A stretch of 64,000 nt of DNA from Candidatus Eiseniibacteriota bacterium (GTDB lineage Bacteria > Eisenbacteria > RBG-16-71-46 > CAVPCR01), in contig CAWGMA010000001.1 of assembly GCA_963823555.1 (NCBI GenBank), positions 864,001-928,000 of the forward strand, read 5' to 3'. The notes beneath the pieces were generated by a model. It saw only the letters and a list, made by a program, of their open reading frames with translations, had not been told where the DNA came from and ran no database searches. Made by a program: the position numbers and the translations under genes. Of this stretch, positions 61,981-64,000 are shown piece by piece. Each line of letters starts with the position of its first letter. Position 1 is the stretch's first letter.

Positions 61981-64000
61981 ATGCCGGAGGAGCGTCTGGC
62001 TCTCAAGGTGAATGACGTCGAGGACGCGCTTCTGCCACTGGTGAGCCGGCCAGCCCGCTATCAGCCGCTGATCATGGGGCTTCGCGAGCGACGTTCGGTC
62101 GAGGTGGAAGCTGTCGTCGTCGCTCCGGATCTTCTCGAGGCCGCCATCATGCACCCGGTCGTTCCCGCTCTCTACCACGGGCTGTTTGCGGCTGGTGCGG
62201 GTGCCGAGCTGGCGTTCTTGCCCTGGATCGATTTCGAGGACGAGCTGCGCCGGCACGACCTCCCCCTCTACGCCCTCGAATCGCGACGTCCACTCAACCG
62301 CTTCCCTCTGGTCATCATTCCGGTCCTGCGCGAGCTGCAGGCCGCGGGCGTTGTCGAGATCCTCGACCTCGGCCGGATCCCGATCCGGGCCGCCGAACGC
62401 GGCCCGGATGATCCGGTCGTTGTGGGTGCGGGTCCCGCACTCGGCAATCCCGAGCCGTTCGCTGATTTCTTCGATGCCGTTCTCCTGGGCGATAGCGAGG
62501 CGATCCTCCGAGATCTCGTCGGGGTGATGAAGCATCACCCACTGGGCCGGAGCCAGCGATCGACCATCCTGGATCAGCTGGCCGAGGTCCAAGGTGTCTA
62601 TGTCCCGGCTCGGGTTCCGGTGGTGGCCGCTCGAGACGGGCGTCTCGTCGCGGCGGCCGGCACTGCCCCGGTGACGGCGCGCTACACGCAATCCGTGCCG
62701 CCGCCGGCCGCGCCGCTGCAGCCTCTGATGGAGGCGCGCGGTGATGTCTTCGAGATCGAAGTCCAGCGCGGATGTCCCCGCCGCTGCCGCTTCTGCCAGC
62801 CGGCTCGAGTGGCGGGTGAGGTCCGGGAGCTCAGTCCCGATCAGGTCCTGGCCGCGATGGGACGTGCGGTCAGGGGGGAAGGCTGGCAGGAGCTCGCCTT
62901 GGGTGGGCTCATGCCATGTGACTGGAGTCACCTCGACACGACCATCGAGCCACTCGGTCGCCAGCTTTTCGGCACGGGAGTCGCGCTCTCGCTCGGTGCG
63001 GCCGCCGGGGAGCGGGTATCCAAGGGCGTCCTCGCGGAGCTGTCGCGAGTCCGGCGGACCACACTGGCATTTGCGCCCGAGGCGGGAAGTGAACGGCTGC
63101 GCCGTGTCATCGGCAAACCGCTCGACGAGGATGCCCTGCTCGAGGCCGTGGGCCAGGCGGCTCGGCTCGGCTGGCCTTCAGTCAAGCTGCACTTCATGAT
63201 CGGCCTGCCCACCGAGACCGACGATGATCTCCGTGCCATCGCCGAGTTGTGTGACCGCGTATGCAAGGCAGGGTCGCGTCCGGGATCGCGCTTCGCCGTG
63301 CAGGTCACGATTCACCCTTTCGTCCCCAGGGCTCACACGCCACTGCAATGGGAGGCGCAGCTTCCGCTGGATGAGATGCGCCGACGAGTGAAGCGGTTGC
63401 GTGGACTCCTGAACCGCCGTGCGCTCAGACTGCGCTGGGGTCACCCTGAGAGCGCACAGCTCGAAGCGCTGCTGGCCCGCGGTGATCGCCGGCTGGGTCC
63501 AGTGATCGGGGATGCCTATCGCGCGGGAGCCCGTCTGGATAGCTGGTCGGAACTCGTGCGACCGGCGATCTGGTGGCGGGTCCTGGCGGAGGCCGGATTG
63601 GATCTGGCGACCGAGCTCGGACCGCGTGCGACGGACCATCCCCTTCCGTGGTCTCATCTCGCGCTCGGTGAAGGCGAAGCTCATCTCGCTGCCGAACGCG
63701 AGGCCGCCCATCGGGGCGAGATCTCACCGCTTCGCCCGATCGTCCTCTCCCTCCGGCCACAACCGCCAGGGGCCGAGGGGCTGTTTGCCCAGACGCCGCT
63801 CGCGCTGCCCGCCGACGAACCCGGCGCGGGGGGGGCTGGGGCCGGGGCGACCGCTGCCGCGGTGCAGGCCAGGGCGGGACTCTACGGCCGGAGCACGAAG
63901 CGCCGGCGCGTGAGTCGCCAGGCTTCGCGCCGCCACCGCGTGCGTTTCGCCAAGACGGAACCGGTGCGCTTCATCTCTCATCTCGACACGGTGCGGCTTC
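61981..64000 (+). CDS. TIGR03960-like radical SAM protein fused to a TIGR03936/DUF2344-like domain (runs off window)
   Basis: Translated by hand from ATG 61981: LLPLVSRPARY, EVQRGCPRRCRFCQ (62773-62796), APEAGSERLR, FMIGLPTE, PFVPRAHTPLQW, RFISHLD. Confidence 0.9.
   Translation, partial: MPEERLALKVNDVEDALLPLVSRPARYQPLIMGLRERRSVEVEAVVVAPDLLEAAIMHPVVPALYHGLFAAGAGAELAFLPWIDFEDELRRHDLPLYALESRRPLNRFPLVIIPVLRELQAAGVVEILDLGRIPIRAAERGPDDPVVVGAGPALGNPEPFADFFDAVLLGDSEAILRDLVGVMKHHPLGRSQRSTILDQLAEVQGVYVPARVPVVAARDGRLVAAAGTAPVTARYTQSVPPPAAPLQPLMEARGDVFEIEVQRGCPRRCRFCQPARVAGEVRELSPDQVLAAMGRAVRGEGWQELALGGLMPCDWSHLDTTIEPLGRQLFGTGVALSLGAAAGERVSKGVLAELSRVRRTTLAFAPEAGSERLRRVIGKPLDEDALLEAVGQAARLGWPSVKLHFMIGLPTETDDDLRAIAELCDRVCKAGSRPGSRFAVQVTIHPFVPRAHTPLQWEAQLPLDEMRRRVKRLRGLLNRRALRLRWGHPESAQLEALLARGDRRLGPVIGDAYRAGARLDSWSELVRPAIWWRVLAEAGLDLATELGPRATDHPLPWSHLALGEGEAHLAAEREAAHRGEISPLRPIVLSLRPQPPGAEGLFAQTPLALPADEPGAGGAGAGATAAAVQARAGLYGRSTKRRRVSRQASRRHRVRFAKTEPVRFISHLDTVRL

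Noticed and set aside
61807..63981. ORF-track calls at the right end
   Set aside because: All overlap the plus-strand radical SAM frame starting at 61981

Overview
Very GC-rich chromosomal window from a diderm bacterium (Omp85/TamB, lipid A-type acyltransferase, GT9). It is almost all housekeeping: icd, grpE-dnaJ-rsmE, rpsU-cvpA-mutS2-dnaG-rpoD, tRNA-Ile2 and tRNA-Val, zinc-ribbon/RNase HI, RNase P RNA, rel-dtd-maf-mtnA, rplM-rpsI-rpsB-tsf-pyrH-frr-uppS-cdsA-dxr-rseP-tamAB-pcrA-gatCAB, a GAF-GAF-PP2C phosphatase, aroK-rsmD-coaD-obgE-dprA, and a radical SAM gene running off the right end (missed by the ORF track). I saw no CRISPR array, IS element, prophage or rRNA. The best leads are: (1) an unannotated ~150-nt rod-shaped ncRNA on the minus strand at ~61.0-61.2 kb with its own sigma70 promoter and U-tail; (2) the less familiar first 14 kb, with a PTS-IIA/mini zinc-ribbon operon, a beta-barrel/lipoprotein pair, a secreted four-repeat protein, a shared LacI-like palindrome, and a kinase paired with a degenerate GGDEF regulator; (3) frameshifts in rpoD, tamA and probably rsmE that look like assembly errors. 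All calls come from motif recognition by eye; no searches were run.
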